From positions 1-28,565 of IMG/VR virus record IMGVR_UViG_3300027813_003089: a stretch of 28,565 bases of DNA, one strand, 5' to 3'. The notes under the pieces were generated by a model. That model did no database searches and was not told the DNA's origin. It was given only the letters and a program-made list of their open reading frames with translations. Shown piece by piece: positions 7,616 to 16,349 of the stretch (the first letter of the stretch is position 1; each line of letters starts with the position of its first letter). The DNA comes from a virus (Duplodnaviria; Caudoviricetes). A program made the translations under genes and the position numbers.

Positions 7616-8275
7616 ATGGCCTTTTTAGTTCATCCATTGCCACCCGTAAATGTTTTTGTGAAGATGGAATATCTTTATGATTTGGATCCAAACCACTCCA
7701 GCTGGGGTAAGTTAACTCCCGGGATTTGGATTTCAGTTAAATCAACACAATCAAAAGCATTATATTTTGAAACGTTATTAACAGATTATGGGGCACTTTA
7801 TGATAAATTACCTATTTCAGCATTCGTTTGGAAATCTGATTATTACCATAGTGATCAGCTTCCTCTTGATGTATTGCAACTATGGGATTGTTTTGACTAC
7901 GATATCACGGTTATCCAAAAACCAATCCTGTCAAGATGTGAAGTTTTTGGTAAAGATAGAAAAATGCATCCAGGTGAATACGAATTTACCATTGATAATG
8001 CGCATCGTGACACTTCCACCATTGACACCAATTTTAGTGAGCAAGATCCCGAGCACAAATCATTCAATATTATCAAGCTCGACAACGGACAATTTGCAGC
8101 ACAGCCAAACAATAGAGTAATTTGGAGAGACAGCTCTTTGACTCCGAGCGAATTAAAGCGCCCCGATTTCAAAGTATGTACTCAAAATTACGCAGTCGAA
8201 ACAGAACCGAAATGGTCTGTTGGGCACACTGACGAGTGGCAATATAAAACTAAAGAAGAAGAACAAAACAGTTGA
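7616..8275 (+). CDS. Conserved phage hypothetical protein
   Basis: Abuts the upstream stop; motifs EYLYD, GALYDKLPISAF, LQLWDCF, EHKS, GQFAAQPNNR recalled from marine phages. Confidence 0.8.
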   Translation: MAFLVHPLPPVNVFVKMEYLYDLDPNHSSWGKLTPGIWISVKSTQSKALYFETLLTDYGALYDKLPISAFVWKSDYYHSDQLPLDVLQLWDCFDYDITVIQKPILSRCEVFGKDRKMHPGEYEFTIDNAHRDTSTIDTNFSEQDPEHKSFNIIKLDNGQFAAQPNNRVIWRDSSLTPSELKRPDFKVCTQNYAVETEPKWSVGHTDEWQYKTKEEEQNS

Positions 8276-8300
8276 CACATCTGCATTGTTGTGATAATAT
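8272..8300 (+). promoter_or_regulatory. Sigma70-type promoter with extended -10
   Basis: TTGACA-17 nt-TAATAT, with TGn immediately before the -10. Confidence 0.7.
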
Positions 8301-8325
8301 TAATATTATTAGGAGTAAAACAATT

Positions 8326-8427
8326 GTGATTGTTTCAGGACACAAATATTTAATAACATTGTGTTGTTGTAGTAATTGCGGTGAGAAAAAAGCAACTTCT
8401 CACATTAAACATATAAAGGAAACGTAA
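8326..8427 (+). CDS. 33-aa Cys/His-rich peptide (not in ORF track)
   Basis: AGGAG RBS at 8311, GTG start; MIVSGHKYLITLCCCSNCGEKKATSHIKHIKET; stop abuts the next ATG in frame. Confidence 0.45.
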   Translation: MIVSGHKYLITLCCCSNCGEKKATSHIKHIKET

Positions 8428-8625
8428 ATGATTGTGAACCAATTTTTAAAAGAAAAATCAGGTCAAACACTGCGCGCAGAAATTCATTCTGACACGAATG
8501 GATATAACGTTAAATATTTTATTAATGAAACTATGCAAACCCAGAAAACATTTAACCAAGGTATCGAGTTTGTTGAAGAACAAGCTCAAAATTGGATTGA
8601 CACGATCGGGGTTTTAAAAGGATAA
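8428..8625 (+). CDS. Hypothetical protein
   Basis: AAGGA RBS; 65 aa; closely spaced to gene 33. Confidence 0.7.
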   Translation: MIVNQFLKEKSGQTLRAEIHSDTNGYNVKYFINETMQTQKTFNQGIEFVEEQAQNWIDTIGVLKG

Positions 8626-8626
8626 T

Positions 8627-8860
8627 ATGATAGAAACTAGAACACCTGAAAAAATACACATGGCTATAGAAGAAAAGCTAAAAAACGGAGCAACATATAT
8701 CGATGCGCTAGTTGATTACGCGAAGCAGAACAATCTTGAAATAGAAACTGTTGCTAATATAGTTAAAAAATCCTCTATCATAAAAGAAAAGATTAGATCT
8801 GAAGCTGTACTAATGAAATTGGTAAAAAGGGAACAGAACGGTGCCATTGAATTATGCTAA
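8627..8860 (+). CDS. 33: Late transcription coactivator gp33
   Basis: TYIDALVDYAKQNNLEIE…IKEKIRSEA pattern; T4 order 33-59-32. Confidence 0.85.
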   Translation: MIETRTPEKIHMAIEEKLKNGATYIDALVDYAKQNNLEIETVANIVKKSSIIKEKIRSEAVLMKLVKREQNGAIELC

Positions 8861-9434
8861 CGAAGCTTCATTTCGAGTTTATGTTAACTACCTAGCACTT
8901 AAGAAACATTTTGATACTGATAGTTATGATTACCACAAATATAATGGTAAAATACGAGCTTCTTTTGAAAAATTTCAAACACGAAACGACGCGTTCTTCT
9001 TCTATAAACTATCTAAAAAAGACGATCCATTAAAAATTCTTATCGCCAATTTGGTGCACAACCCTAAGGCTTGGATACGTGAAATAGTTGAAGACCGCGG
9101 AGAAGAAATTTATGCGGAATGGGAAAGAAAGATGGATTCTTTAACTCATTTGTATAAAACAGATTTAAAAAAACTAAAAGACAATTATCACGACAACTTA
9201 TCAGTTATTAGTGGGCAACACCCTCATATTATGTCTATGTATTTTCAGAAGGAAATATCTATTGAAACGTTCACTATACTTTCAAAAATTTCTAATGTTT
9301 ATGACTATTGGGAAGAAAAAGTAGTTGACAAATTCGTTGCACGTGATATAATGAAATTATCTAAGAAATACTATCCGTTCTTAGATATAGATCAAAAAAA
9401 GTTTTCAAAGATTACTAAAGAACACTTTTTTTGA
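8841..9434 (+). CDS. 59: Helicase loader gp59
   Basis: YLALKKHF…YDYHKYNGK…F.KL, ISIETF motifs; synteny. Confidence 0.9.
   Translation: MPLNYANEASFRVYVNYLALKKHFDTDSYDYHKYNGKIRASFEKFQTRNDAFFFYKLSKKDDPLKILIANLVHNPKAWIREIVEDRGEEIYAEWERKMDSLTHLYKTDLKKLKDNYHDNLSVISGQHPHIMSMYFQKEISIETFTILSKISNVYDYWEEKVVDKFVARDIMKLSKKYYPFLDIDQKKFSKITKEHFF
9325..9352 (+). promoter_or_regulatory. Sigma70-type promoter inside gene 59, probably driving gene 32
   Basis: TTGACA-16 nt-TATAAT with TGn extension. Confidence 0.65.
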
Positions 9435-9435
9435 A

Positions 9436-9443
9436 TATAAATA
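9436..9443 (+). promoter_or_regulatory. T4-type late promoter for gene 32
   Basis: TATAAATA 1 nt after the gene 59 stop. Confidence 0.75.
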
Positions 9444-9518
9444 GATGGTGGAATAGATCCACAACATACATCGCAATACAAACCAATGCTATATAACGCA
9501 AAATCAGGAGATACAAAT

Positions 9519-10448
9519 ATGACAATGTCATTTGATGCACTTAAAAAGAACCGTTCATCTTCACTCGATAAGTTGAACTCACAGCTCTCGTCAATCGCTA
9601 CAAAGAGCTACTCAGACCCCAACGAAGGTAAATTTTGGAAACCAACACGTGATAAAGCGGGTAACGGCTTCGCAATCATTCGCTTCCTTCCTCCTACATC
9701 AGGAGAAGAAATGCCATTCACCAGAATCTGGGACCACGGATTTCAAGGTCCAACCGGTCTATGGTATATCGAAAACTCACTCACGACCATCGGAAAAGAT
9801 GACCCAGTATCAGAATTTAATGGTAAGCTGTGGAATTCTGGAGTTGATGCAGATAAAGAGCAAGCCCGTAAACAAAAGCGTCGCCTTAAGTATATATCGA
9901 ACATCCTTGTAATTAAGGATAGCGGTAATCCTGATAATGATGGAAAAGTGTTCATGTATCAGTTTGGTAAGAAAATCTTTGACAAACTGAATGATTTGAT
10001 GAACCCATCTTTTGAAGATGAAGCAGCGGTAAATCCGTTTGACTTCTGGGAAGGTGCAAATTTCCGTTTGAAAATCCGCCAATTCGAAGGTTATCCAAAC
10101 TACGATAAATCTGAATTTGATAGTCCTTCTCCGCTATTTGATGATGACGACAAATTGGAGAGCACTTGGAAACAACAGCACCCGCTACAAGAATTGGTTG
10201 ATGAAAAGAACTTTAAGTCTTATGGAGATCTTAAAGCCAAACTGTATCGTGTATTAAATCTTACTGGTGATTCTCCTCTGTCGACAAACACGGCAGAAGA
10301 TGAAACTGACAACGATCTTGACATGAGCAAGTTTGGTAAAAGTGTTGAGGCGCCTACAATGAAAGAAGAGACATCTACCGCACAAGCAGATACTATCAGT
10401 GACGATGATGAAGATCTTGCAATGTTTAGAGACCTCGTTAAAGGCTAA
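9519..10448 (+). CDS. 32: Single-stranded DNA-binding protein gp32
   Basis: FWKPTRDKAGNGFAIIRFLP, FGKKIFDK, NPFDFWEGANFRLKI, NYDKSEF, acidic tail; AGGAG RBS 8 nt before ATG 9519. Confidence 0.97.
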   Translation: MTMSFDALKKNRSSSLDKLNSQLSSIATKSYSDPNEGKFWKPTRDKAGNGFAIIRFLPPTSGEEMPFTRIWDHGFQGPTGLWYIENSLTTIGKDDPVSEFNGKLWNSGVDADKEQARKQKRRLKYISNILVIKDSGNPDNDGKVFMYQFGKKIFDKLNDLMNPSFEDEAAVNPFDFWEGANFRLKIRQFEGYPNYDKSEFDSPSPLFDDDDKLESTWKQQHPLQELVDEKNFKSYGDLKAKLYRVLNLTGDSPLSTNTAEDETDNDLDMSKFGKSVEAPTMKEETSTAQADTISDDDEDLAMFRDLVKG

Positions 10449-10452
10449 CAAA

Positions 10453-10476
10453 AGGAAGGGGCTTAGGCCCCTTCTT
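10453..10476 (+). terminator. Hairpin, probable leaky terminator after gene 32
   Basis: GAAGGGGC-TTAG-GCCCCTTC with only a short T tail. Confidence 0.7.
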
Positions 10477-10495
10477 ACATCCAGGAGGTTAACAC

Positions 10496-10822
10496 ATGGC
10501 TAACAAAACATATGAAGAAGTTTTAGATTTTGATTTCGGATTTACTTTTATAGATGAAGAACTGCAGGAAAAAGAAGCTGCTGCTGAGGAAACTATTCAA
10601 CAAGTAAGCTCTGAAAAGCAATCGCTTGAAGACCAACTTGTTGATGCTAAGGTAACTGCGGACGACTTAGAATACAGATTAGAGCTTCTGTATAAATCAG
10701 TTGTTCCATTTTTAAATAATCTTTGTAAAAATCCTGATAAATCTACCATTTATTGGCCAGACAGAGTTTCTAAAATTCAATCTTATCAGAGTAAACTACT
10801 TTCAATCGTAGAGGGAAAATAA
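10496..10822 (+). CDS. Hypothetical coiled-coil protein
   Basis: GGAGG RBS; DFDFGFT N-motif and NP.K..IYWPDR C-motif; TAATG overlap with uvsX. Confidence 0.8.
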   Translation: MANKTYEEVLDFDFGFTFIDEELQEKEAAAEETIQQVSSEKQSLEDQLVDAKVTADDLEYRLELLYKSVVPFLNNLCKNPDKSTIYWPDRVSKIQSYQSKLLSIVEGK

Positions 10823-11892
10823 TGAGTCTATTAGACAAACTCGTAAAAAATAGTACTATTAAACTTACAGCTCAATTATCAGAGTCAAAAGTTTTTGGTA
10901 AAAAGGAGATGGCACCAACGCCAGTTCCTATGGTTAATGTCGCGTTGTCTGGCGACATTGACGGTGGCTTAAGCCCAGGATTGCTAGTATTAGCTGGTCC
11001 ATCTAAACACTTTAAATCTGCATTTGCTCTGCTCACCGCGGCCGCTTATATGAACAAATACGAAGATGCTATAATGTTGTTCTATGATTCTGAATTTGGC
11101 ACACCACAATCTTATTTTGAGTCTTTTGGCATCAATATGGATCGTGTAGTACATACGCCTATTACGAACGTCGAAGAGCTTAAGTTTGATATTGCTAGCC
11201 AACTCGATCAAATTGATAAGAAAGATCACGTATGTATTATCATTGACTCAGTTGGTAACTTGGCTTCAAAGAAAGAAGTTGAAGACGCAATGAACGAGAA
11301 ATCAGTTGCTGATATGTCTCGCGCAAAAGCTCTTAAGTCGTTGTTTCGTATTATAACTCCACACCTTAATCTTAAAGATATTCCTTTGATTGCTGTTAAC
11401 CACACATATCAAGAGATTGGTCTATTTCCTAAGGCTATCGTATCGGGCGGTACGGGCATCTACTATTCGGCTGATGCTATTTGGATCGTCGGTCGTCAAC
11501 AAGATAAAGTTGGCACTGAGATCCAAGGTTATCACTTTGTAATTAATATTGAAAAATCAAGACACGTTAAGGAAAAATCTAAAATTCCAATTTCCGTGTC
11601 TTGGGAAGGCGGTATTGTTAAATGGTCTGGTCTAATGGATGTTGCTGAAAAGGGTGGATATCTTCGCAAGCCAAAAGTTGGTTGGTACGAAGCAGTTGAT
11701 CCTGCAACTGGTGAAATTATTTCAGATAAACTAATGCGAGCTAAAGAAGTAAATGACAACGGCGATTTTTGGAATATGATGTTTGAAAAAACAGATTTCA
11801 AAGAATTTGTTCGTAAAAACTTTACTATCGGTGCCTCAGGTAGTATTATGCGTGAAGACGATCAGGTTGCACCTATCAATGATGCAATTTAA
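10822..11892 (+). CDS. uvsX: RecA-like recombinase UvsX
   Basis: Walker A AGPSKHFKS, FYDSEFG, IIIDSVGNLASKKE, DMSRAK, VNHTY, SGGTG. Confidence 0.97.
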   Translation: MSLLDKLVKNSTIKLTAQLSESKVFGKKEMAPTPVPMVNVALSGDIDGGLSPGLLVLAGPSKHFKSAFALLTAAAYMNKYEDAIMLFYDSEFGTPQSYFESFGINMDRVVHTPITNVEELKFDIASQLDQIDKKDHVCIIIDSVGNLASKKEVEDAMNEKSVADMSRAKALKSLFRIITPHLNLKDIPLIAVNHTYQEIGLFPKAIVSGGTGIYYSADAIWIVGRQQDKVGTEIQGYHFVINIEKSRHVKEKSKIPISVSWEGGIVKWSGLMDVAEKGGYLRKPKVGWYEAVDPATGEIISDKLMRAKEVNDNGDFWNMMFEKTDFKEFVRKNFTIGASGSIMREDDQVAPINDAI

Positions 11893-11895
11893 CAG

Positions 11896-11924
11896 TTGAC
11901 ATATTAATAAAACTGTTATATTAT
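11896..11924 (+). promoter_or_regulatory. Sigma70-type promoter upstream of gene 41
   Basis: TTGACA-17 nt-TATTAT. Confidence 0.65.
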
Positions 11925-11941
11925 AAATTTATTACTACGTT

Positions 11942-11969
11942 GGTGGCGCTGTAATAGCGCCACCTTTTT
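11942..11969 (+). terminator. Intrinsic terminator-like hairpin
   Basis: GGTGGCGCT-GTAAT-AGCGCCACC-TTTTT, perfect 9-bp stem. Confidence 0.8.
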
Positions 11970-11992
11970 AACATTCAGCAACGGAAATTAGC

Positions 11993-13423
11993 ATGATTGA
12001 AAAAACAATATTATCTAATTTAATTTATAATGAAGCTTACTGCCGGAAAGTGTTTCCTTACGTCAAAGAAGAATATTTTGAAGACAACAGTCTTCGAAAA
12101 ATCTTTGCAACGTATTCAGAATATATGAATGAATATAAGGAACCACCTTCTATTGAAGCTCTTAAAATTTCTGTAGATAAACGCAAAGATTTAAACGAAA
12201 GCGCATATAAAGAAGTTACTAATTTAATTGATGAGCTAAAAACAGACGAAAACACAAATGAAGCATTCTTAGTAGATGAAACAGAAAAGTTTTGTCAAAA
12301 CAAAGATTTGTATAATTCTATTCGTAAAGCTATTCTTATTCTCGATGGCCAAGACAAAGAAAACGACAAAGGTGCAATTCCAGGAATTCTTTCTGATTCA
12401 CTTGGAATTAGCTTCGACACTCATATTGGCCACGATTTTCTCGAAGATGTTGAGTCACGGCACGAATATTACCACCGTAAAGAAGAGCGTATTCCCTTTG
12501 ATATTGATATTCTAAACAGTATCACAAAAGGCGGATTGCCTCGCAAATCAATGACTGTGTTGCTAGCGACAACTGGTGGCGGTAAATCATTGTTCAAATG
12601 CCACATGGCTGCGTCTAGTTTGATGCATGGTAAAAATGTTTTGTATGTTACAATGGAACTTGCTGAAGAAGAAGTTGCACGCCGAATTGACGCTAACATA
12701 ATGGATATTACTCTCGACGAAGTAAAGGAAGTTCCGCTTGATGTGCTTCAAAAAAGAATGGACAGATATAAGAGTAAAACTACTGGAAAATTAGTTATTA
12801 AAGAATACCCTACAGGTTCAGCGCATTCTGGACATTTCAGGCACTTGCTAAATGAAATGCAATTAAAGAAAAACTTTAAACCTGATATTGTCTTTATTGA
12901 TTATCTGAATATTTGTGCATCAGCAAGAGTAAAAGGCGCAGCAGCTGCAAATTCGTATACACTTGTAAAATCAATTGCAGAAGAAATCCGCGGCCTTGCC
13001 ATGGAATTTGATATTGCTGTTGTTACTTCATCACAATTTAATCGCTCAGGTTACGATAATTCAGATGTAGATCTTACAAATACTTCTGAATCAATGGGTA
13101 TTACTCATACTGCGGATTGTATTCTTGGTCTTATTACATCAGAAGATTTGGATTCAAGAGGTCAGCTTATGATTAAACAACTTAAAAATCGCTGGGGTGA
13201 TTTGGGTTATTATCGCAGATTTGTCGTAGGAATTGAAAGAGCAAAAATGAAATTGTTTAATCTTGAAGATCGCGCTCAGGATGGTATTCAATCAGAATCT
13301 TTCAATAACAAAAAAAATGATAACGACTCTACGGCTACGTTCGACAAATCCTCGTTTGGCCAACAATGGGATATAAAACCGAAGAAAAAGAAAAGTTTGT
13401 TTGAAGTAGGAGAATTACAATGA
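11993..13423 (+). CDS. 41: Replicative DNA helicase gp41 (DnaB-like)
   Basis: Walker A ATTGGGKS, YVTMEL, KEYPTG, FIDYLNIC, VKSIAEEIRGLA, SESMG, QLKNR. Confidence 0.97.
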   Translation: MIEKTILSNLIYNEAYCRKVFPYVKEEYFEDNSLRKIFATYSEYMNEYKEPPSIEALKISVDKRKDLNESAYKEVTNLIDELKTDENTNEAFLVDETEKFCQNKDLYNSIRKAILILDGQDKENDKGAIPGILSDSLGISFDTHIGHDFLEDVESRHEYYHRKEERIPFDIDILNSITKGGLPRKSMTVLLATTGGGKSLFKCHMAASSLMHGKNVLYVTMELAEEEVARRIDANIMDITLDEVKEVPLDVLQKRMDRYKSKTTGKLVIKEYPTGSAHSGHFRHLLNEMQLKKNFKPDIVFIDYLNICASARVKGAAAANSYTLVKSIAEEIRGLAMEFDIAVVTSSQFNRSGYDNSDVDLTNTSESMGITHTADCILGLITSEDLDSRGQLMIKQLKNRWGDLGYYRRFVVGIERAKMKLFNLEDRAQDGIQSESFNNKKNDNDSTATFDKSSFGQQWDIKPKKKKSLFEVGELQ

Positions 13424-13614
13424 GTTACACCGTAAAAAAGAATCAAAGCTATTATAATATTCTAGAAAAAAAGAGTGGTACTTTAATCGAGATTGGCATG
13501 GCCGAAAGGGAAAGTGATGTAAGGGCTACGTGCAGGAAATTAAACTTGGGAAGCGGATTTGAAGGATGGACTCCATTATTTTTTACTAAACGGTCTCTAT
13601 TGAAATCCGCATAG
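13420..13614 (+). CDS. Conserved small phage protein
   Basis: AGGAG RBS and ATGA overlap; LNLGSGFEGWTP motif. Confidence 0.75.
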   Translation: MSYTVKKNQSYYNILEKKSGTLIEIGMAERESDVRATCRKLNLGSGFEGWTPLFFTKRSLLKSA

Positions 13615-13628
13615 TAGTTACAAAGTCT

Positions 13629-13636
13629 TATAAATA
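13629..13636 (+). promoter_or_regulatory. T4-type late promoter
   Basis: Intergenic TATAAATA upstream of 13668. Confidence 0.8.
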
Positions 13637-13667
13637 AAACATATATAAACATAATTAGAGAATAGAT

Positions 13668-14966
13668 ATGATTTCGTTTAAAAAATTTATAAGAGAGAAT
13701 AATGAAATGCTTTTTGTGTCCCAGCAAGATAGAGCAAAATTTGACGCAGCGATAGAGCCATATGTCTATACTGTTAAAAATTCTACGTCAAAGAAAACAG
13801 TTTTGGTTGTCCGTTCACCGAAAAATGATCGCGACAGAGTAAAACTTGATTTAGAAAAGAAACTCGATGACGCAAGCATTGATTATGCATTAAGCACAGC
13901 TGGTGGTTCCGTTGGTTCTACGATTGCAAAAATGGGTTCGCATTCTATTCAGGTTACATATAAGCCAACATCGGGCGGAATGTCCGAAACAACTCTTAAT
14001 TCTACTATTACTGAGTTAGTTCCTTCTCTAGCGTTTATGTCGAAGAAAAGCTTTTCTAATATAAATGATTTATACGACTTTATTTCTGAAGCTGATGGAA
14101 GTAAATACGGTGTTTACGTAAACAGCCGTGACGCTGAAGCGGGTGTACAATTCATTGAAGTAATGCCAACATCATCTAAGTATGTTGAAAAAATGCAAAA
14201 TGCTTTAGCTATTTTAGATTACTTAAAAAATCTTGATAAGCAAACCCCGATACAACAAGTGTATTGGGGTTATCGCGCAAAGCCAGCTGGTATTGCAGCC
14301 TCGCATAAAGGCGATCTTTTTATCAAATTTAAAAATGGAAATATGCTAGGAGTGTCGCTAAAAGCTGGCGGCGAAAAAACGGCAGAGCCCCAATTAAACA
14401 CATACGTGAATAAAATGTTTGATGATTTTGGATACGCAAACGAAAAAAAGATTGTTCAGAAATTAGTATATGACGACATACATTCAAAACTATTATTACC
14501 AGCTGATTGGGATAGCAGATCTAAAAAGAAAAAATCTATTAGTGTTATAACAGATTTTAAGAATAAAAAATCAGTTGAGTACGAAAAAATGTATAACAAA
14601 ATGTTAGAATTAATTCGTAATAACATAATAAAAATAGTAGGAAAAAATAAAAATAAAACCATTGAATATATACAAAAACAAGTTTTAAAAAAGGATGATA
14701 ACGTTCCTTTAGTTGTTGTAAAAGCAATTGGTCTTAAATATAAAATGGTAACAGATGAAGACGATTTAGCTGCGTTTTTACCAAAGATAAAAACTGTGAA
14801 AGCTTACGCGTCGACAGCATCAAAACAAAACTGGTTTATTGAATTAGATGCTGGTAAAGGCGAAAAACTGACTATGAATATGTCAGTTCGTTCAAACAAA
14901 TCTCCACCCGAAAATAAAATTGCGCAAGGTTTTAATCTCGCTATTAAATTTAATGGAATTAAATAA
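13668..14966 (+). CDS. PD-(D/E)xK nuclease-like protein with capsid-targeting-like N-terminus
   Basis: ITE…KGDLFIKFKNGNMLGVSLK resembles a restriction-endonuclease-fold active site; N-terminus MISFKKFIRE. Confidence 0.6.
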   Translation: MISFKKFIRENNEMLFVSQQDRAKFDAAIEPYVYTVKNSTSKKTVLVVRSPKNDRDRVKLDLEKKLDDASIDYALSTAGGSVGSTIAKMGSHSIQVTYKPTSGGMSETTLNSTITELVPSLAFMSKKSFSNINDLYDFISEADGSKYGVYVNSRDAEAGVQFIEVMPTSSKYVEKMQNALAILDYLKNLDKQTPIQQVYWGYRAKPAGIAASHKGDLFIKFKNGNMLGVSLKAGGEKTAEPQLNTYVNKMFDDFGYANEKKIVQKLVYDDIHSKLLLPADWDSRSKKKKSISVITDFKNKKSVEYEKMYNKMLELIRNNIIKIVGKNKNKTIEYIQKQVLKKDDNVPLVVVKAIGLKYKMVTDEDDLAAFLPKIKTVKAYASTASKQNWFIELDAGKGEKLTMNMSVRSNKSPPENKIAQGFNLAIKFNGIK

Positions 14967-16208
14967 ATGCTATCATTTAAAAAATATATGACAGAAGAAA
15001 AAAACCTGCACATGACCCATGCCGAAGACGCTGTTATTGACGGAGGCGTTATTGGTACGCGAAACGTGATAAACTATCTCCGTAATATTAGAGATATGCT
15101 TGCAGGTAATACAAAAGCACCGGTAAACATAAGTGTTAAATGGGACGGAGCTCCAGCAGTATTTGCTGGTATTGATCCAAGCGATGGAAAATTCTTTGTT
15201 GCTAAAAAGGGTATTTTTAACAAGAACCCCAAGCTATACAAAACCCACGATGATGTTGACGCTGATACCGTAGGTAAGGCAGAGCTGAATGCAAAACTAA
15301 AAATTGCATTAGACGAGTTTTCAAAACTAGGAATTAAAGGTGTAGTACAAGGCGATTTTTTATATGAAAAAAGTGATATTAAAGAAGACACGATTGACGG
15401 CGAACCGCATATTACTTTCCATCCTAATACGATTGTTTATGCGATACCTAAATCATCAAAGCTTGCTAAAACAATACTCAGATCCAAGGTCGGAGTGGTC
15501 TGGCATACTGTATACCGAGGATCAAGCCTTGAAAAAATGTCTGCAAGTTTTGGAGAGGAGATTGCAAGCGGTCTTAAAACAGTCCCGTCGGTCTGGTCAG
15601 TAGACGCAATTTTTAAAGACCAATCTGGCAATGCAACTTTTACAGCAAAAGAAACAAAAGAAATTACAAGAGTTATTTCACAGGTCGGTTCGTTATTTAA
15701 AACAATTCCAAAAACAACCTTCGACGCGCTTAAGCCAGGATCACAGTACGATATTAACATGCGTGTTAATACCTACATCAATACGAAAGTTCGTGCTGGT
15801 GAGAGAATTGGTAATCCAAAGGCATTCGTTAAAGGCTTGCAAAAGTATTTAAGTGATTATTATGATAAAGAAATAGATGCAAAGAAATCGCCAAAGGGTA
15901 AAGCAACTTGGCAAAGCAAAAAAGACAATTCTATGTCATTTTTTAAAGAAGTCAAACCACGCGACTTAGAAAATTTGTTTACTATGTACAATCTAATTGT
16001 TGATGCAAAGCATATGATTATCTCTAAATTAGACCACGTCGATGGGTTAAAAACGCTACTCAAAACTAATAAAGGCTATGAAGTTACGGGGCAAGAGGGC
16101 TTTGTGGCAATAGACCGTTATGGTAAAAACGCTTTAAAATTAGTTGATCGTTTACAGTTTAGTGCCGCTAATTTCTCAGACAAGTATATAAAAGGTTGGC
16201 AAAAGTAG
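14967..16208 (+). CDS. Ligase-like nucleotidyltransferase (DUF6267-like) with capsid-targeting-like N-terminus
   Basis: Motif I-like SVKWDGAP, VQGDFL, EGFVA, LKLVDR resemble ATP-dependent ligase/capping motifs; HMTHAED; N-terminus MLSFKKYMTE. Confidence 0.7.
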   Translation: MLSFKKYMTEEKNLHMTHAEDAVIDGGVIGTRNVINYLRNIRDMLAGNTKAPVNISVKWDGAPAVFAGIDPSDGKFFVAKKGIFNKNPKLYKTHDDVDADTVGKAELNAKLKIALDEFSKLGIKGVVQGDFLYEKSDIKEDTIDGEPHITFHPNTIVYAIPKSSKLAKTILRSKVGVVWHTVYRGSSLEKMSASFGEEIASGLKTVPSVWSVDAIFKDQSGNATFTAKETKEITRVISQVGSLFKTIPKTTFDALKPGSQYDINMRVNTYINTKVRAGERIGNPKAFVKGLQKYLSDYYDKEIDAKKSPKGKATWQSKKDNSMSFFKEVKPRDLENLFTMYNLIVDAKHMIISKLDHVDGLKTLLKTNKGYEVTGQEGFVAIDRYGKNALKLVDRLQFSAANFSDKYIKGWQK

Positions 16209-16349
16209 TAGTCACGTTGTCACAGTTGCCACTAGTGAATACCGACTATACCAAATTGGCATCCTAAATTAGGCCTTATTTTCGTATTTCCTTAATAAAT
16301 ATAATTGTAATTCAATAGAAAACAATCATATGCGTTAAGGAGATGCAAC

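Noticed and set aside
10822-13423. Inteins or introns in uvsX or gene 41
   Set aside because: Both have normal lengths and contiguous motifs.
13668-14966. Homing endonuclease or mobile element
   Set aside because: No GIY-YIG, HNH or LAGLIDADG motif and no interrupted host gene.
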